Source: an uncultured Bacteroidota bacterium (GTDB lineage Bacteria; Bacteroidota; Bacteroidia; Flavobacteriales; Flavobacteriaceae). From it: a stretch of 64,000 bases of DNA. Of this stretch, positions 28,506-40,124 are shown piece after piece. The position numbers were made by a program, and so were the translations under genes. Every line of letters begins with the position of its first letter. The stretch's first letter is position 1. The notes under the pieces are model-generated. The model was not told the DNA's origin, made no database searches, and saw only the letters and a list, made by a program, of their open reading frames with translations. Where the stretch lies: contig CACMHY010000007.1 of the NCBI GenBank assembly GCA_902613595.1, positions 16,265-80,264 of the forward strand. Direction: 5' to 3'.

Positions 28506-30489
28506 TAGAAATAATTTTTTTAAGAAATTAATGTTAAGATTTTATTTATTTGTAACATTACTCACACTCTTTTCTTTTCTTTTAATTGGGAAGTTAATTT
28601 ATATTCAATTTTATCAAAATAATGAAGGACTAGATATTCAACCTGAAACTCTAGTGAAGAATGTCATCTTAAAACCAAGCAGAGGAGATATTTTTTCTGC
28701 TGATGGAAATATCTTGGCTACTTCAATTCCAAGTTATGATTTATATTGGGATTCGATAATTGCTTCAAATAATCTATTCAATAACCAAATAAACGAATTG
28801 GCAGATTCTATATCTGTTGTAAAAAAAATACCAAGTGAAATAATTGTTGACAAACTCAGTGAAGCAAGGAAACAAAAAAACAGGTATTTATTAATTGAAA
28901 AAGGTTTGAGTTTTTCAGATTATCGAAGGTTTAAATCTTTTCCCATTTTCAAAGAAAATATTTATCGTGGAGGATTAATTGTTGAACAAGATATTAAAAG
29001 AAAAAACCCCCTTGGTAAAGTTGCAGAGAGAACCATTGGTTATGAAATACAAGATAATAATGGTTCATTTTTCAGAGTTGGTCTTGAAGGAGCTTTTTCA
29101 GAATTTTTAAGGGGAAACTCTGGGCTGAGATTAAAACAAAAAATTGCTAATGGACAATGGAAACCTATTAGTGATTCAAATGAAAAGGAGCCAACAGAGG
29201 GATATGATTTACATACTACACTGGATGTTAATATTCAGAATATTGTTCATAACGCACTTCTTGCACAGCTTGAAAAATTTAAGGCTGAGCATGGAACTGC
29301 AGTAGTTATGGAAGTTGAAAGTGGCAAAATAAAAGCAATAGCAAATTTAGGAAGAACAGAAAAAGGGAAATATTTTGAAAAATTAAATTATGCTGTAGGC
29401 GAGACAAATGAACCTGGTTCAACTTTTAAGCTTATGGCTATTATTGCTGCTTTGGAAGATAATGTAATTAGTGAAAAATCAATAATAGATACTGGTAATG
29501 GAGAATTGACTTTTTTCAAAAAATATAAAGTTAAAGACTCAAAAAAAGGAGGTCACGGTCTTATAACAGCAGCAAAAGCATTTGAGGTTTCTTCAAATGT
29601 GGGATTAGTCAAAATAATTTATGATAACTACAAAAACAATCCTAAAAAATTTGTAGATAGATTATATAACATGGGCCTAAACCAAACACTAAATCTTCCA
29701 ATAATGGGTGAGGGTATTCCAAGAATTCCATATCCTTCAGACTCTGATTGGGACGGACTTGATCTACCATGGATGGCATATGGATATGGAGTCAGCTTAA
29801 CACCGTTACAGATTTTAGCTTTTTACAATGCTATTGCCAACAATGGTCAGTTAGTAAAACCAAGGTTTTTAAGTAAAATTAGTAATAAGGGTAACTCCCC
29901 TGAGAAAACCTTTAAAAAGAAGGTTATAAACCCATCAATTTGTTCAAAAGAAACTCTAAAAAAGGTGAGGAAGATGATGTTTAATGTTGTTGATAAAAAG
30001 TGGGGAACCGCATTTAGTATTAAAGATTCTCTACTTCAAATGGCTGGCAAAACAGGAACATGTCAGATAGATTACAACAAAAAAGAAGTTCAATACATTT
30101 CAAGTTTCGTTGGTTATTATCCTGTAAACAAACCAAAATACTCTTGTATAGTTGTCATTCACAGACCACAAAAATCAATGGGTTACTATGGCGCTGTAGT
30201 TGCTGCCCCTGTTTTTAAATCAATTGCAAAAAAGATATATAATAATATTCCTTTAGAAATTAAAATAAGTTCAAAGGCATTAGCCAAACTTGATAAAAAT
30301 CCTAAATCAATTGAAATAAAAAATGTAGTGCCAAATGTAAGCGGTTTATCAGAAGAAGATGCAACTAAAGTTTTAGAGAAAGTTGGCTTAAACGTTGAAG
30401 TTAGAGGAGATGGAAAAGTAAAATCACAATCCATTGAACCAGGAACAAAAGTAGAGTATAATCAAAAAATTTTAATAAAGCTTACTTGA
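28498..30489 (+). CDS. ftsI: class B penicillin-binding protein (FtsI/PBP3 type) with a C-terminal PASTA domain
   Basis: 663 aa. N-terminal TM segment. SxxK 'GSTFKLM', SxN 'VSSNVG', 'GKTGT'. The last ~56 aa are PASTA-like. Confidence 0.9.
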   Translation: MGDRNNFFKKLMLRFYLFVTLLTLFSFLLIGKLIYIQFYQNNEGLDIQPETLVKNVILKPSRGDIFSADGNILATSIPSYDLYWDSIIASNNLFNNQINELADSISVVKKIPSEIIVDKLSEARKQKNRYLLIEKGLSFSDYRRFKSFPIFKENIYRGGLIVEQDIKRKNPLGKVAERTIGYEIQDNNGSFFRVGLEGAFSEFLRGNSGLRLKQKIANGQWKPISDSNEKEPTEGYDLHTTLDVNIQNIVHNALLAQLEKFKAEHGTAVVMEVESGKIKAIANLGRTEKGKYFEKLNYAVGETNEPGSTFKLMAIIAALEDNVISEKSIIDTGNGELTFFKKYKVKDSKKGGHGLITAAKAFEVSSNVGLVKIIYDNYKNNPKKFVDRLYNMGLNQTLNLPIMGEGIPRIPYPSDSDWDGLDLPWMAYGYGVSLTPLQILAFYNAIANNGQLVKPRFLSKISNKGNSPEKTFKKKVINPSICSKETLKKVRKMMFNVVDKKWGTAFSIKDSLLQMAGKTGTCQIDYNKKEVQYISSFVGYYPVNKPKYSCIVVIHRPQKSMGYYGAVVAAPVFKSIAKKIYNNIPLEIKISSKALAKLDKNPKSIEIKNVVPNVSGLSEEDATKVLEKVGLNVEVRGDGKVKSQSIEPGTKVEYNQKILIKLT

Positions 30490-31946
30490 AAAAACTACAA
30501 GACATATTATATAAAGTACCTATAGAGGGAATTTTTGGTAATCCAAAAATCGAGATATCTTCTCTTAGTTATGATAGCAGGAAGATCCAACAAAATGGAC
30601 TTTTCATAGCTCAAAAAGGTATCCAGTTAGATGGGAATAAATTTATTTCAGAAGCCATTGATAAGGGTGCAATTGCGATAGTTTGTGAGTCAATACCTGA
30701 TTTGCCAAATAAGGATATAACTTTTATTTTAGTCCATAATGCCTCCAAGGCACTTGGAATAATTTCATCAAACTTTTATTCTAACCCGTCTAAAGAAATA
30801 AATTTGGTTGGTGTCACCGGGACAAATGGCAAAACCTCTGTAGTTTGGCTTTTACATGAATTATTCTCTAATCTGGGATATACTAGTGGTTTAATTTCTA
30901 CAGTAAAGGTTAAATTTCTTAATAAGGAGTTTAAAAATAAATATACTACACCTGATCCAATATCGATTAACAATTATTTGAGACAAATGGTGGATTTGGG
31001 ATTAAAATATTGTTTTATGGAGGTTTCTTCTCATGGAATTTCTCAGAATCGGATTGAAGGACTTGAATTTTCTGGTGGGGTATTTACAAATATTTCTCAT
31101 GATCATCTAGATTATCATGGAACCTTTAAAAATTATAGAGATGTAAAAAAACAATTTTTTGATATTCTTACAAAAAAGGCTTTTGCATTAACAAATCTTG
31201 ATGACAAAAATGGATTATTCATGCTTCAAAATACTAAAGCAAAAAAATATTCATATTCCACAAAACAAGATGCTGATTATAAATTAAAAATTCTAGAGTG
31301 TCAATTTTCTGGCATGTTATTGAAAATTCAAGATAAGGAAGTCTGGACAAATTTAGTTGGTAATTTTAATAGTCAAAATCTTTTAGCTGTTTTTGCTGTT
31401 GCAGATATATTTAATATACCAAAGCTTAGTACTTTGAAAAGTATCAGTCGGTTAAAAAGTGTTGAGGGTCGTTTTCAAACATTTATTTCAAAAGATGACA
31501 TTACTGTGATAATTGATTATGCTCACACACCTGATGCTCTTGAAAAAATTATTCAAACAATTAATTCAATTCGTACTCGAAATGAAACATTTATTGTTTT
31601 AATTGGTTGTGGAGGTAATCGCGATCGAGAAAAAAGGCCTGTTATGGGCCAAATTGCTTCTGAATTATGTGATAAGGTGATTTTTACATCTGATAATCCT
31701 AGAGACGAAGATCCAACTAAAATAATCTCGGAAATGATGAGTGGAGTTGCAGCAGAAAACTTTAAAAAAATTTTAAAAATAACAATTAGAAAAGATGCAA
31801 TTACCATGGCAAAAAAATTAGTTAGGCAAGGGGATATTGTATTGATTGCAGGAAAGGGTCATGAATCTTATCAAGAAATTAAAGGAAACCTTTATCCTTT
31901 TAATGATCTTAAAATTGCCCAACAAATATTTTTAAAAACGGATTAG
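30486..31946 (+). CDS. murE: UDP-MurNAc-L-Ala-D-Glu:meso-DAP ligase
   Basis: 486 aa. '[10 protein letters not shown]'. The DAP-specific 'DNPR' is present as '[10 protein letters not shown]'. TTGA start/stop overlap with ftsI. Confidence 0.93.
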   Translation: MKKLQDILYKVPIEGIFGNPKIEISSLSYDSRKIQQNGLFIAQKGIQLDGNKFISEAIDKGAIAIVCESIPDLPNKDITFILVHNASKALGIISSNFYSNPSKEINLVGVTGTNGKTSVVWLLHELFSNLGYTSGLISTVKVKFLNKEFKNKYTTPDPISINNYLRQMVDLGLKYCFMEVSSHGISQNRIEGLEFSGGVFTNISHDHLDYHGTFKNYRDVKKQFFDILTKKAFALTNLDDKNGLFMLQNTKAKKYSYSTKQDADYKLKILECQFSGMLLKIQDKEVWTNLVGNFNSQNLLAVFAVADIFNIPKLSTLKSISRLKSVEGRFQTFISKDDITVIIDYAHTPDALEKIIQTINSIRTRNETFIVLIGCGGNRDREKRPVMGQIASELCDKVIFTSDNPRDEDPTKIISEMMSGVAAENFKKILKITIRKDAITMAKKLVRQGDIVLIAGKGHESYQEIKGNLYPFNDLKIAQQIFLKTD

Positions 31947-31947
31947 G

Positions 31948-33168
31948 ATGCTTTATTATCTATTTGAATTTTTTGAAAAACAGTATAATCTCACAGGAGC
32001 AAGCTTATTTCAATACATAACATTTAGAGCTTCAGTTGCAGTAATATTATCAACAAGCTTTTCAATGCTTTTTGGAAAAAAATTTATTGAGTTTTTAAAG
32101 AAAAAACAAATTGGTGAACCAATTCGAGATTTAGGATTGATTGGACAAATTGAGAAACAAGGAACACCTTCTATGGGAGGGTTAATAATAATCTTTGGAA
32201 CTCTACTACCTGTATTACTGCTGGCAAAACTTGATAATATTTATATTTTATTATTGATTTCAACTATTTTATGGATTGGTTTTATAGGATGGCTTGACGA
32301 TTACATTAAAATTTTTAAAAAAAATAAAAAAGGTTTAAAAGGAAAATTTAAAATTTTTGGACAAATCCTACTTGGGGCTTTTGTAGGTACAATTCTTTTC
32401 TTTCACCCACAGGTAACTGTTAGAACTCAAGCAAAATCAAATATTAATCAAATTGAAAATAAATCAACAAAAATTATTAGTAAAAATATCAAAGCTAGTT
32501 TAACAACAGTTCCATTATTTAAAAACAATCAATTTGATTACTACAGTCTAATTAAATGGTCTGGTTTAAACAAAAAATATACTTGGCTAATCTTTATTCC
32601 AATTGTAATTTTTATAATTACTGCAGTTTCTAATGGGGCAAATCTGACAGATGGTATTGATGGTCTAGCAGCTGGAAGCTCAGCTATTATTGTATTTGTT
32701 TTAGCAATATTTTCGTTCGTATCAGGTAATGTAAATTTCGCATCTTATTTGAATATTTTATACATACCTAATGTTGGTGAAATAGTAGTTTTCATATCAG
32801 CATTTTTAGGGGCTTTAATTGGTTTTTTATGGTTCAATGCTTATCCAGCTGAAATTTTTATGGGTGATACAGGAAGCCTCACAATTGGAGCTCTAATATC
32901 AGTTATTTCAGTTATTATTAGAAAGGAATTACTTATTCCGCTCCTCTGTGGTATTTTTTTCATAGAAACACTATCTGTGATTTTTCAAGTAAGCTATTTT
33001 AAATACTCAAGATTTAAGACAGGTAACGGAAAACGAATTTTTCAAATGGCACCATTACACCATCATTACCAAAAATTAGGTTTTCATGAAAGTAAAATAG
33101 TTGCAAGATTCTTGATTTTGGGTATTGTACTAGCAGTTTTAACAATAGTTACACTTAAACTTAGATGA
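31948..33168 (+). CDS. mraY: phospho-N-acetylmuramoyl-pentapeptide transferase
   Basis: 406 aa polytopic membrane protein. 'GTPSMGG', '[13 protein letters not shown]', 'MGDTGSL', 'APLHHH'. Confidence 0.94.
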   Translation: MLYYLFEFFEKQYNLTGASLFQYITFRASVAVILSTSFSMLFGKKFIEFLKKKQIGEPIRDLGLIGQIEKQGTPSMGGLIIIFGTLLPVLLLAKLDNIYILLLISTILWIGFIGWLDDYIKIFKKNKKGLKGKFKIFGQILLGAFVGTILFFHPQVTVRTQAKSNINQIENKSTKIISKNIKASLTTVPLFKNNQFDYYSLIKWSGLNKKYTWLIFIPIVIFIITAVSNGANLTDGIDGLAAGSSAIIVFVLAIFSFVSGNVNFASYLNILYIPNVGEIVVFISAFLGALIGFLWFNAYPAEIFMGDTGSLTIGALISVISVIIRKELLIPLLCGIFFIETLSVIFQVSYFKYSRFKTGNGKRIFQMAPLHHHYQKLGFHESKIVARFLILGIVLAVLTIVTLKLR

Positions 33169-34502
33169 TGGACAAAAAAATAGCAGTTTTAGGTGCAGGT
33201 GAAAGTGGAGTTGGAGCAGCAATTTTAGGTAAAAAAAAGGGATATGAGGTCTTTCTTTCTGAGAAGGAAAATATTAATAAAGAACTTAAGAATCTTCTTT
33301 CTAAAGAAGGAATTAAATGGGAGTGTGGTCAACATTCAATAGAGAATTTAATTTCGGCCGATTATGTTGTAAAAAGCCCCGGAATTCCATCGGATACCCC
33401 AATTATTAAATTGCTAAGAAAGAAGCGGAAAAATATAATTTCTGAAATTGAGTTCGCAGCATTACATACCTCTGCAATTTTGATTGGAATTACAGGTACG
33501 AACGGTAAAACCACAACTACACTTTTAACATATCATATACTGAGAGGAGCTGGTTTTAATGTTGGTATTGCAGGTAACATAGGAAAGAGTTTTTCTTTAC
33601 AAGTTGCTAAAATGAATTATGATATATATGTACTTGAGATAAGTAGTTTCCAACTTGATGATATAAATAAATTTTCTCCTCACATTGCTGTAATCACAAA
33701 TGTAACCCATGATCATTTGGATCGTTACAATTTTAAGTTTAAAAATTATATAAGTGCCAAATTAAAAATTATTAAAAATCAATCTAAAAAAGACTTTTTT
33801 CTTTTCAATTCAGAAGATCCATTATTAATGGCAGCACTTAAAAATGTAAAAATTAAATCAAAAAAAATTCCAATGTCTGAAACACCAATAAATCAAGGTG
33901 TATATATAGAAGATGAAAATTTTATTGTTAAACAAAAAGACAAAAAAACTATGATAAACTTTGCAAATTTTACTTTAAAAGGGCGACATAATTTGTTAAA
34001 TGCTATGGCTGCATCCACTGTCGCAAGCATATTTGAAATTAGTAAAGATTCCATTAGGGACAGCCTAACCCACTTTAAAGGTGCCCCACACAGAATGGAA
34101 AAAGTGCTTACCATTCAAAGAGTTGAATATATTAATGATTCTAAAGCAACAAATGTTAATGCCACTTTTTTTGCACTAGATAGTATACATACTCCTATAG
34201 TTTGGATTGTAGGAGGAGTTGATAAAGGTAATTTTTATGAGTCTCTTTTGCCATTGGTAAGAAAAAAAGTGAAAGCAATAATATGTATAGGGGTGAATAA
34301 TGAGAAATTAAATAACACTTTTGAAAATATAGTTGAAATTTTCGTAGAAACCCAATCAATGGTTGAAGCAGTGAAAATAGCAAAGAGGATAGCATTAGCT
34401 AGAGATACTGTCCTACTTTCACCGGCTTGCTCAAGTTTTGACTTATTTAAGGATTTTAAAGATAGAGGTAATCAATTTAAAAACGCAGTAAGAAATTTGT
34501 AA
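33165..34502 (+). CDS. murD: UDP-MurNAc-L-alanine:D-glutamate ligase
   Basis: 445 aa. 'VLGAGESG', '[11 protein letters not shown]'. dcw position. Confidence 0.92.
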   Translation: MMDKKIAVLGAGESGVGAAILGKKKGYEVFLSEKENINKELKNLLSKEGIKWECGQHSIENLISADYVVKSPGIPSDTPIIKLLRKKRKNIISEIEFAALHTSAILIGITGTNGKTTTTLLTYHILRGAGFNVGIAGNIGKSFSLQVAKMNYDIYVLEISSFQLDDINKFSPHIAVITNVTHDHLDRYNFKFKNYISAKLKIIKNQSKKDFFLFNSEDPLLMAALKNVKIKSKKIPMSETPINQGVYIEDENFIVKQKDKKTMINFANFTLKGRHNLLNAMAASTVASIFEISKDSIRDSLTHFKGAPHRMEKVLTIQRVEYINDSKATNVNATFFALDSIHTPIVWIVGGVDKGNFYESLLPLVRKKVKAIICIGVNNEKLNNTFENIVEIFVETQSMVEAVKIAKRIALARDTVLLSPACSSFDLFKDFKDRGNQFKNAVRNL

Positions 34503-34505
34503 CTA

Positions 34506-35690
34506 ATGTTAGAATTATTAAAAGGAGATAAGGTTTTGTGGGGTATATTGGCATTATTGGCAATATTTTCATTTTTACCAATTTTTAGTTCAAGTACCAA
34601 TTTAGTTTATGTTGTCGGCAAGGGCACCCCCTGGGGATATTTCTTCAAGCATTTTATAATATTAGCGGTGGGATTCTTATTGATGTTTTCAATTCATAAA
34701 ATACCATATGACTATTTCAAGGGGATTTCAATCCTTATGATTCCAGTTGTCATACTTTTACTCATATATACTTTATCTCAGGGAACATTAATTTCTGGTG
34801 CTAATGCAAGTAGATGGATTAAAATTCCTATTATAGGTGTAAGTTTTCAAACTTCAACATTTGCGTCAGTAGTCTTAATGGTTTATTCTGCTAGATATCT
34901 ATCAAAATTAAAAACAGAAAAACTAAGTTTTAAAAGTTCATTTTTACAATTTTGGTTTCCCGTATTTATTATTGTCCTTTTGATTTTACCTTCAAATCTA
35001 TCAACAGCTATTCTTTTATTTAGCATGGTTTTAATGTTAGCTTATTTAGCATGCTATCCTATAAAATATCTTGTCAGTGTTATAATTTTTGGATTAATAT
35101 CTTTATTTATTTTTATAGTTGTTGCTAAGACTTTTCCTGAAATTTTTCCCAACAGAATTGATACTTGGGTAAACAGAATTGAAAATTTTAAGACTGGTGA
35201 AAGTAGTGATGGAAATTATCAATTATCTAGAGCAAAAACTGCGATAATAAGCGGTAAAATTTTTGGACTAGGAGCTGGAAAAAGTAGGATGAAAAATTTT
35301 TTACCACAAAGTTCCTCTGATTTTATTTATGCAATTATTGTAGAAGAATTCGGACTCGTTGGGGGTATTGCACTTATTTTACTATATCTTTTGTTATTGT
35401 ATAGGATAGTGGTAATTTCTTACAAGGCAAACAGCTCGTTTGGTAAATTGACGGTAATTGGCTTAGGAATCCCAATAATAACTCAAGCATTTGTTAATAT
35501 TGGTGTAGCTCTTGAAGTCCTTCCTGTTACAGGCCAAAATCTTCCAATGATAAGTAGTGGCGGGACATCAGCTTGGGTAACCTGCATAGCAATGGGAATT
35601 ATTTTAAGCGTTAGTTCCAATGTTAAATCTAATTATGATCTGAGAGTTGAAAATAATAATCCTTTAAAAGTTTTAAGTGAAATCCCATAA
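34506..35690 (+). CDS. ftsW: SEDS-family peptidoglycan glycosyltransferase FtsW
   Basis: 394 aa polytopic. 'SDFIYAIIVEEFGLVGG', 'PVTGQNLPMISSGGTS'. dcw position. Confidence 0.9.
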   Translation: MLELLKGDKVLWGILALLAIFSFLPIFSSSTNLVYVVGKGTPWGYFFKHFIILAVGFLLMFSIHKIPYDYFKGISILMIPVVILLLIYTLSQGTLISGANASRWIKIPIIGVSFQTSTFASVVLMVYSARYLSKLKTEKLSFKSSFLQFWFPVFIIVLLILPSNLSTAILLFSMVLMLAYLACYPIKYLVSVIIFGLISLFIFIVVAKTFPEIFPNRIDTWVNRIENFKTGESSDGNYQLSRAKTAIISGKIFGLGAGKSRMKNFLPQSSSDFIYAIIVEEFGLVGGIALILLYLLLLYRIVVISYKANSSFGKLTVIGLGIPIITQAFVNIGVALEVLPVTGQNLPMISSGGTSAWVTCIAMGIILSVSSNVKSNYDLRVENNNPLKVLSEIP

Positions 35691-36759
35691 GTTTATTATA
35701 TCAGGTGGTGGTACGGGTGGTCATATATACCCGGCTTTGGCAATTGCCAATGGAATTAAGGACAATTATAAAAATCCAAAAATACTATTTGTTGGGGCTA
35801 GAGGAAAAATGGAAATGGATAAAATACCAGAACAAGGTTATCCAATTGTAGGACTTTGGATTAGCGGAATTAAAAGGTCGCTATCATTATCTAATTTATT
35901 GTTTCCTTTTAAATTATTTATAAGTTTGATACACTCTTCGTTGATTATCAGAAAATTTAAACCCGATTTGATAATTGGAACTGGTGGATTTGCAAGCGGT
36001 CCACTTCTACAAGTTGCTGCATGGTTAAATTATCCAACTCTTATTCAAGAACAAAACTCTTATCCAGGAATAACTAATCGTATTTTGGGAAAAAATGTAG
36101 ACCGTATTTGTGTAGCTTTTGATTGTATGGAGAAATTCTTTCCTCAATCCAAAATTCGAATTACAGGAAATCCAATCAGAGATTATATTGTTAAAATTAA
36201 ATCAAATAAAATTTCAAAAAAATTTTTTGATTTGGATTTAGATAAGAAAACTTTAGTAATTATTGGTGGTAGTCTTGGCTCTGAATGCATTAACAACCTA
36301 ATTAAATCTGAATTAGAATATATAAAGAGTTTTGGACTTCAAATTATTTGGCAATGTGGATCTCTTTATTATAACAAGTTAAAGTCGTTAAGTTCAAAAA
36401 AAGTAATAATAAAACCTTTCATTAATCATATTGACCACTTGTATAGTGCAGCTGACTACATAATATCCCGTGCTGGAGCTGGAAGTATCTCTGAATTAAG
36501 TTGTGTTGCTAAACCGTCATTAATTATTCCTTCGCCAAATGTTTCTGAAAATCACCAATTACATAATGCGAGGGTTTTAGCAAAAAAAAAAGCTATTCTA
36601 CTTATTCAAGAGAAGGATCTCGATAAAAAGTTTAAAGCTATTTTTTCACAACTTGTGATGGATAAAAAAATACAAAAAGAAATGATAAAAAATTTGAAAA
36701 GTTTTGCTTTACCAGATGCTACAAAAAATATTATAAAGGAAATCAAAGATATTTTATGA
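35677..36759 (+). CDS. murG: UDP-GlcNAc:lipid I N-acetylglucosaminyltransferase
   Basis: 360 aa. 'ISGGGTGGHIYPALA', 'QEQNSYPG', 'ISRAGAGSISE'. GTG start overlapping ftsW. Confidence 0.92.
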   Translation: MKSHKFIISGGGTGGHIYPALAIANGIKDNYKNPKILFVGARGKMEMDKIPEQGYPIVGLWISGIKRSLSLSNLLFPFKLFISLIHSSLIIRKFKPDLIIGTGGFASGPLLQVAAWLNYPTLIQEQNSYPGITNRILGKNVDRICVAFDCMEKFFPQSKIRITGNPIRDYIVKIKSNKISKKFFDLDLDKKTLVIIGGSLGSECINNLIKSELEYIKSFGLQIIWQCGSLYYNKLKSLSSKKVIIKPFINHIDHLYSAADYIISRAGAGSISELSCVAKPSLIIPSPNVSENHQLHNARVLAKKKAILLIQEKDLDKKFKAIFSQLVMDKKIQKEMIKNLKSFALPDATKNIIKEIKDIL

Positions 36760-38093
36760 AAATAAATTCCCAACTCACATATTTTTTTATTGGTATTGGA
36801 GGTGTTGGGATGTCAGCACTTGCGAGACTTTGTTTTAATTTAAGACACGTAGTATATGGATATGATAGATATCCCTCTGATATCACGAAAGCACTAGTTG
36901 CAGAAGGAATTAAAGTTATTCATGACAATTCTTTGGATGCTTTACCAGACTTTTTATATAAAAAACATGTTAGAGTAATTTATTCCTCTGCAATAGCATT
37001 AAGCCATCCTCAATTAATGTTTTATGTTAATCAGGGAAATTTAGTTATGAAACGTTCAGAGTTTCTAGCCTTGTTATGTAAAAATAAAACGACGCTGGCA
37101 GTAGCTGGCACTCACGGTAAGACTACAACTGGCTTGATTCTAACACACATTTTTTTGAAAACTAAAAAATCATTTACATCTTTAATAGGAGGATTTCTTA
37201 AAAATAATCCCTCTAACTTAATAAAAACTGGATTAGATACATTTATTGTTGAAGCAGATGAATTTGATAGATCTTTTTTACAATTATATCCAACTTTTGC
37301 TTGTATTACGTCGATAGATCCAGACCATTTGGATGTATATAAAACAAAAAAAGAATTTGTAAATGCATTCATTGAATTTTCAAACCAAGTTGATAATGAA
37401 CTAATCTTTTCTCATGGACTTCCATTTAATGGAATTACATTTGGAATTGATGTTTCTGCTGATTATCGAGTAACAAACCTGAAGAAAGTCAAGTATGGGT
37501 ATAGATTTAATCTAAATACTCCTGATAATAAATTTAATGATGTTTACTTAAATTTAATTGGAAGACACAATGTTATGAATACTATTGCTGCAATAGCAAT
37601 GGCTGAACAAGCAGGTTTAAAAACAAGTGATTTTATTTCTACTTTGGAAAACTTTCCTGGGGTTTATCGAAGAATGAATATTTACCAATTGAATGATTCA
37701 ATAATTATTGATGATTACGCACATCATCCATCCGAAATTCAGAGTATATATAATACTATTAAAAACTTTTATCCAACATATAAAAATTGTGTTGTCTTCC
37801 AACCACATTTATATTCGAGAACTAAGGATTTTATGAATGAATTCTCTATGATTTTAAGCAAGTTTGATGAGGTAATTTTGTTGGATATATACCCAGCAAG
37901 AGAGAAACCTATTGAAGGGATAAATTCAAAAATTTTATTGGATAGTATATCTCAAACGAAAAAGCGATTAATAAAAAAAACAAAAATTAATTCGGTAATT
38001 CAAGAAAGTGAGCCTAAAATTTTTGCTATTCTAGGGGCAGGTGATATTGGACTTGAAGTAAAAAAGTTAAATCTTGAAAAAATTAAAAATTGA
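36756..38093 (+). CDS. murC: UDP-N-acetylmuramate:L-alanine ligase
   Basis: 445 aa. 'FFIGIGGVGMSALA', 'GTHGKTTT', 'DDYAHHPSEI'. Confidence 0.92.
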   Translation: MKINSQLTYFFIGIGGVGMSALARLCFNLRHVVYGYDRYPSDITKALVAEGIKVIHDNSLDALPDFLYKKHVRVIYSSAIALSHPQLMFYVNQGNLVMKRSEFLALLCKNKTTLAVAGTHGKTTTGLILTHIFLKTKKSFTSLIGGFLKNNPSNLIKTGLDTFIVEADEFDRSFLQLYPTFACITSIDPDHLDVYKTKKEFVNAFIEFSNQVDNELIFSHGLPFNGITFGIDVSADYRVTNLKKVKYGYRFNLNTPDNKFNDVYLNLIGRHNVMNTIAAIAMAEQAGLKTSDFISTLENFPGVYRRMNIYQLNDSIIIDDYAHHPSEIQSIYNTIKNFYPTYKNCVVFQPHLYSRTKDFMNEFSMILSKFDEVILLDIYPAREKPIEGINSKILLDSISQTKKRLIKKTKINSVIQESEPKIFAILGAGDIGLEVKKLNLEKIKN

Positions 38094-38803
38094 AAAAGAA
38101 TAAACACATCTTATTTTCATTTTCAATGTTTTTCCTTATGGTTACGTGCCTATGTGTTTCACATATTAATCATCGTTCAAAAAAAGTACTAAGGCTTGAA
38201 ATATTACACACACAAAGACCACTATTTTTGAATGACTCTTTAGTTAATAAATTGTTAACACAAAATCTACCCCGCAAGTTAGTCATGAGTAAAGATAGTT
38301 TAGATTTGAATATACTTGAAAATCAGATGAGTAGTATACCTGAGATCAACAATGTTCAAACTTATATAACTCTTGAAAATAAATTATTTTTAAGCATCAC
38401 CGAACGAGAGCCACTTTTTAAAGTGGTATCATCACCACCAAGATTTTCTGATTTGAATGGAAAACTATTTACATTTAAAACTATTGATTCTTTATATGTT
38501 CCATCTTTCGAGACAAGTTCTTCAACAATATCTATTAGTTTAACAGCTAAGTTTATAAAAAAGCTCTTAGCCGATCCATTTTTAAATAGAGAGCTTGAAA
38601 AAGTTTATTTGAAAAATAATAATTATCAAATAAAATTAAAGTCGTACAACTTTAAAATAATTTTTGGGAGACCTACAAGAATTGCTAAAAAAATTAAAAA
38701 ACTGAAAGTATTTTGTACACTTATAAATGACAATGATAGTATAGACAATTATACAAATATTAATCTCAGCTACATGAAACAAATCGTAGCGTTAACCTCA
38801 TGA
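38090..38803 (+). CDS. ftsQ: cell-division protein FtsQ (POTRA-containing)
   Basis: 237 aa. One N-terminal TM segment. Position between murC and ftsA. Weakly conserved sequence, so the call is mainly by synteny. Confidence 0.7.
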   Translation: MKKNKHILFSFSMFFLMVTCLCVSHINHRSKKVLRLEILHTQRPLFLNDSLVNKLLTQNLPRKLVMSKDSLDLNILENQMSSIPEINNVQTYITLENKLFLSITEREPLFKVVSSPPRFSDLNGKLFTFKTIDSLYVPSFETSSSTISISLTAKFIKKLLADPFLNRELEKVYLKNNNYQIKLKSYNFKIIFGRPTRIAKKIKKLKVFCTLINDNDSIDNYTNINLSYMKQIVALTS

Positions 38804-40113
38804 TATTTATGGAGCAATTAAATTTTTCAGTCGGACTTGACATTGGCACTACTAAAATTGTTGCATTGGTCGGGAAAAAAAATGAATATAATAAAGTTGA
38901 AATTCTGGGTCTTGGAAAATCAAAGAGCCTCGGTGTTCATAGGGGAGTTGTAAACAATATAACTCAGACTATACAATCAATTCAAAAGGCCATTGATGAA
39001 GCAAACTCTAATTCTGGCTGTGTTATTGGGGATGTAGTCGTTGGTATTGCTGGTCAACATATAAGGAGTATTCAACACAGTGATTATATTACAAGAGAAA
39101 ATCCTGAATCAGTTATAGATGACGAAGATATTCAAAGATTGGTTCAGCAAGTGTATAAATTGGTAATGCTGCCAGGGGAAGAAATCATACATGTATTACC
39201 TCAAGAATATAAAGTTGATGGCCAAGGCGAAATAAAGGAACCTATAGGAATGCATGGTGGTAGATTAGAAGCTAATTTTCACGTGGTTGTTGGTCAGGTT
39301 TCATCAATTAAAAATATTGGTAGATGTATAAAAAGTGCTGGTTTGAGTATGGCTAGTATTACTCTTGAACCTTTAGCCTCGTCTAAAGCAGTATTAAGTT
39401 TTGAAGAAAAAGAGGCAGGTGTTGCACTTATAGATATAGGTGGAGGTACTACAGATCTAGCGATTTTCAAAGATGGGATTATAAGACATACAGCAGTAAT
39501 ACCATATGGTGGAAATGTTATTACTGAGGATATAAAAGAGGGTTGCTCAATCATTGAAAAACAAGCTGAATTGCTTAAGATAAAGTTTGGATCCGCCTGG
39601 CCAGGAGAAAATCGTGATACTGAGATTGTATCAATACCTGGATTACAAGGACGCGATCCCAAAGAAATTTCTCTAAAAACTCTCTCAAAAATTATAAATG
39701 CTCGAGTTGTTGAGATTATCGAACAAGTTTTTTTGGAAATTAAAAACTATGGACATAGTGACCAGAAAAAGAAGTTAATAGCTGGAATAGTTTTGACTGG
39801 TGGGGGTAGTCAACTTAAACACCTTAAACAACTTGTAGAATATGTTACAGGAATGGATACTCGCGTTGGATATCCTAGTGAACATCTAGCTGGAAGTACT
39901 ATTGATAGTGTATCTAGTCCACTTTTTGCTACATCGGTTGGTTTACTGATGAATGCACTTGAAGACATATTAACTGAAAAAAATGAAAGTAGTGATCAAG
40001 ATAAAATTTCTCATTTAGAAAATGAACAAAAAAAAGATAGGTTTTCAAAACAAAGAAAATCGATTTTAGACCGCTTTGGAGAAAAACTAAAAGAATTTTT
40101 AGACAATGCTTAA
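38800..40113 (+). CDS. ftsA: cell-division protein FtsA (actin-like ATPase)
   Basis: 437 aa. 'VGLDIGTTKIVA', 'ALIDIGGGTTDLAIF', 'IVLTGGGSQL'. Confidence 0.94.
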   Translation: MIFMEQLNFSVGLDIGTTKIVALVGKKNEYNKVEILGLGKSKSLGVHRGVVNNITQTIQSIQKAIDEANSNSGCVIGDVVVGIAGQHIRSIQHSDYITRENPESVIDDEDIQRLVQQVYKLVMLPGEEIIHVLPQEYKVDGQGEIKEPIGMHGGRLEANFHVVVGQVSSIKNIGRCIKSAGLSMASITLEPLASSKAVLSFEEKEAGVALIDIGGGTTDLAIFKDGIIRHTAVIPYGGNVITEDIKEGCSIIEKQAELLKIKFGSAWPGENRDTEIVSIPGLQGRDPKEISLKTLSKIINARVVEIIEQVFLEIKNYGHSDQKKKLIAGIVLTGGGSQLKHLKQLVEYVTGMDTRVGYPSEHLAGSTIDSVSSPLFATSVGLLMNALEDILTEKNESSDQDKISHLENEQKKDRFSKQRKSILDRFGEKLKEFLDNA

Positions 40114-40124
40114 TAATATGAAAG

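Noticed and set aside
39294-39662. 122-aa minus-strand ORF inside ftsA. Many similar 60-127-aa ORFs are nested in conserved genes: 4567..4845, 6988..7326, 7843..8136, 8189..8410, 11523..11723, 12275..12520, 13883..14378, 15793..16008, 19115..19306, 24132..24323, 27380..27598, 30186..30434, 30776..30973, 31553..31807, 33893..34395, 37112..37372, 39929..40168, 41289..41471, 41830..42048, 43995..44195, 45309..45509, 46734..47097, 48343..48543, 52310..52609, 53715..54219, 55194..55733, 58483..58707 and 62017..62217.
   Set aside because: All are embedded in the opposite strand or an alternative frame of long ORFs with unmistakable family motifs. None shows a motif, signal peptide or domain of its own. 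They are treated as shadow ORFs.
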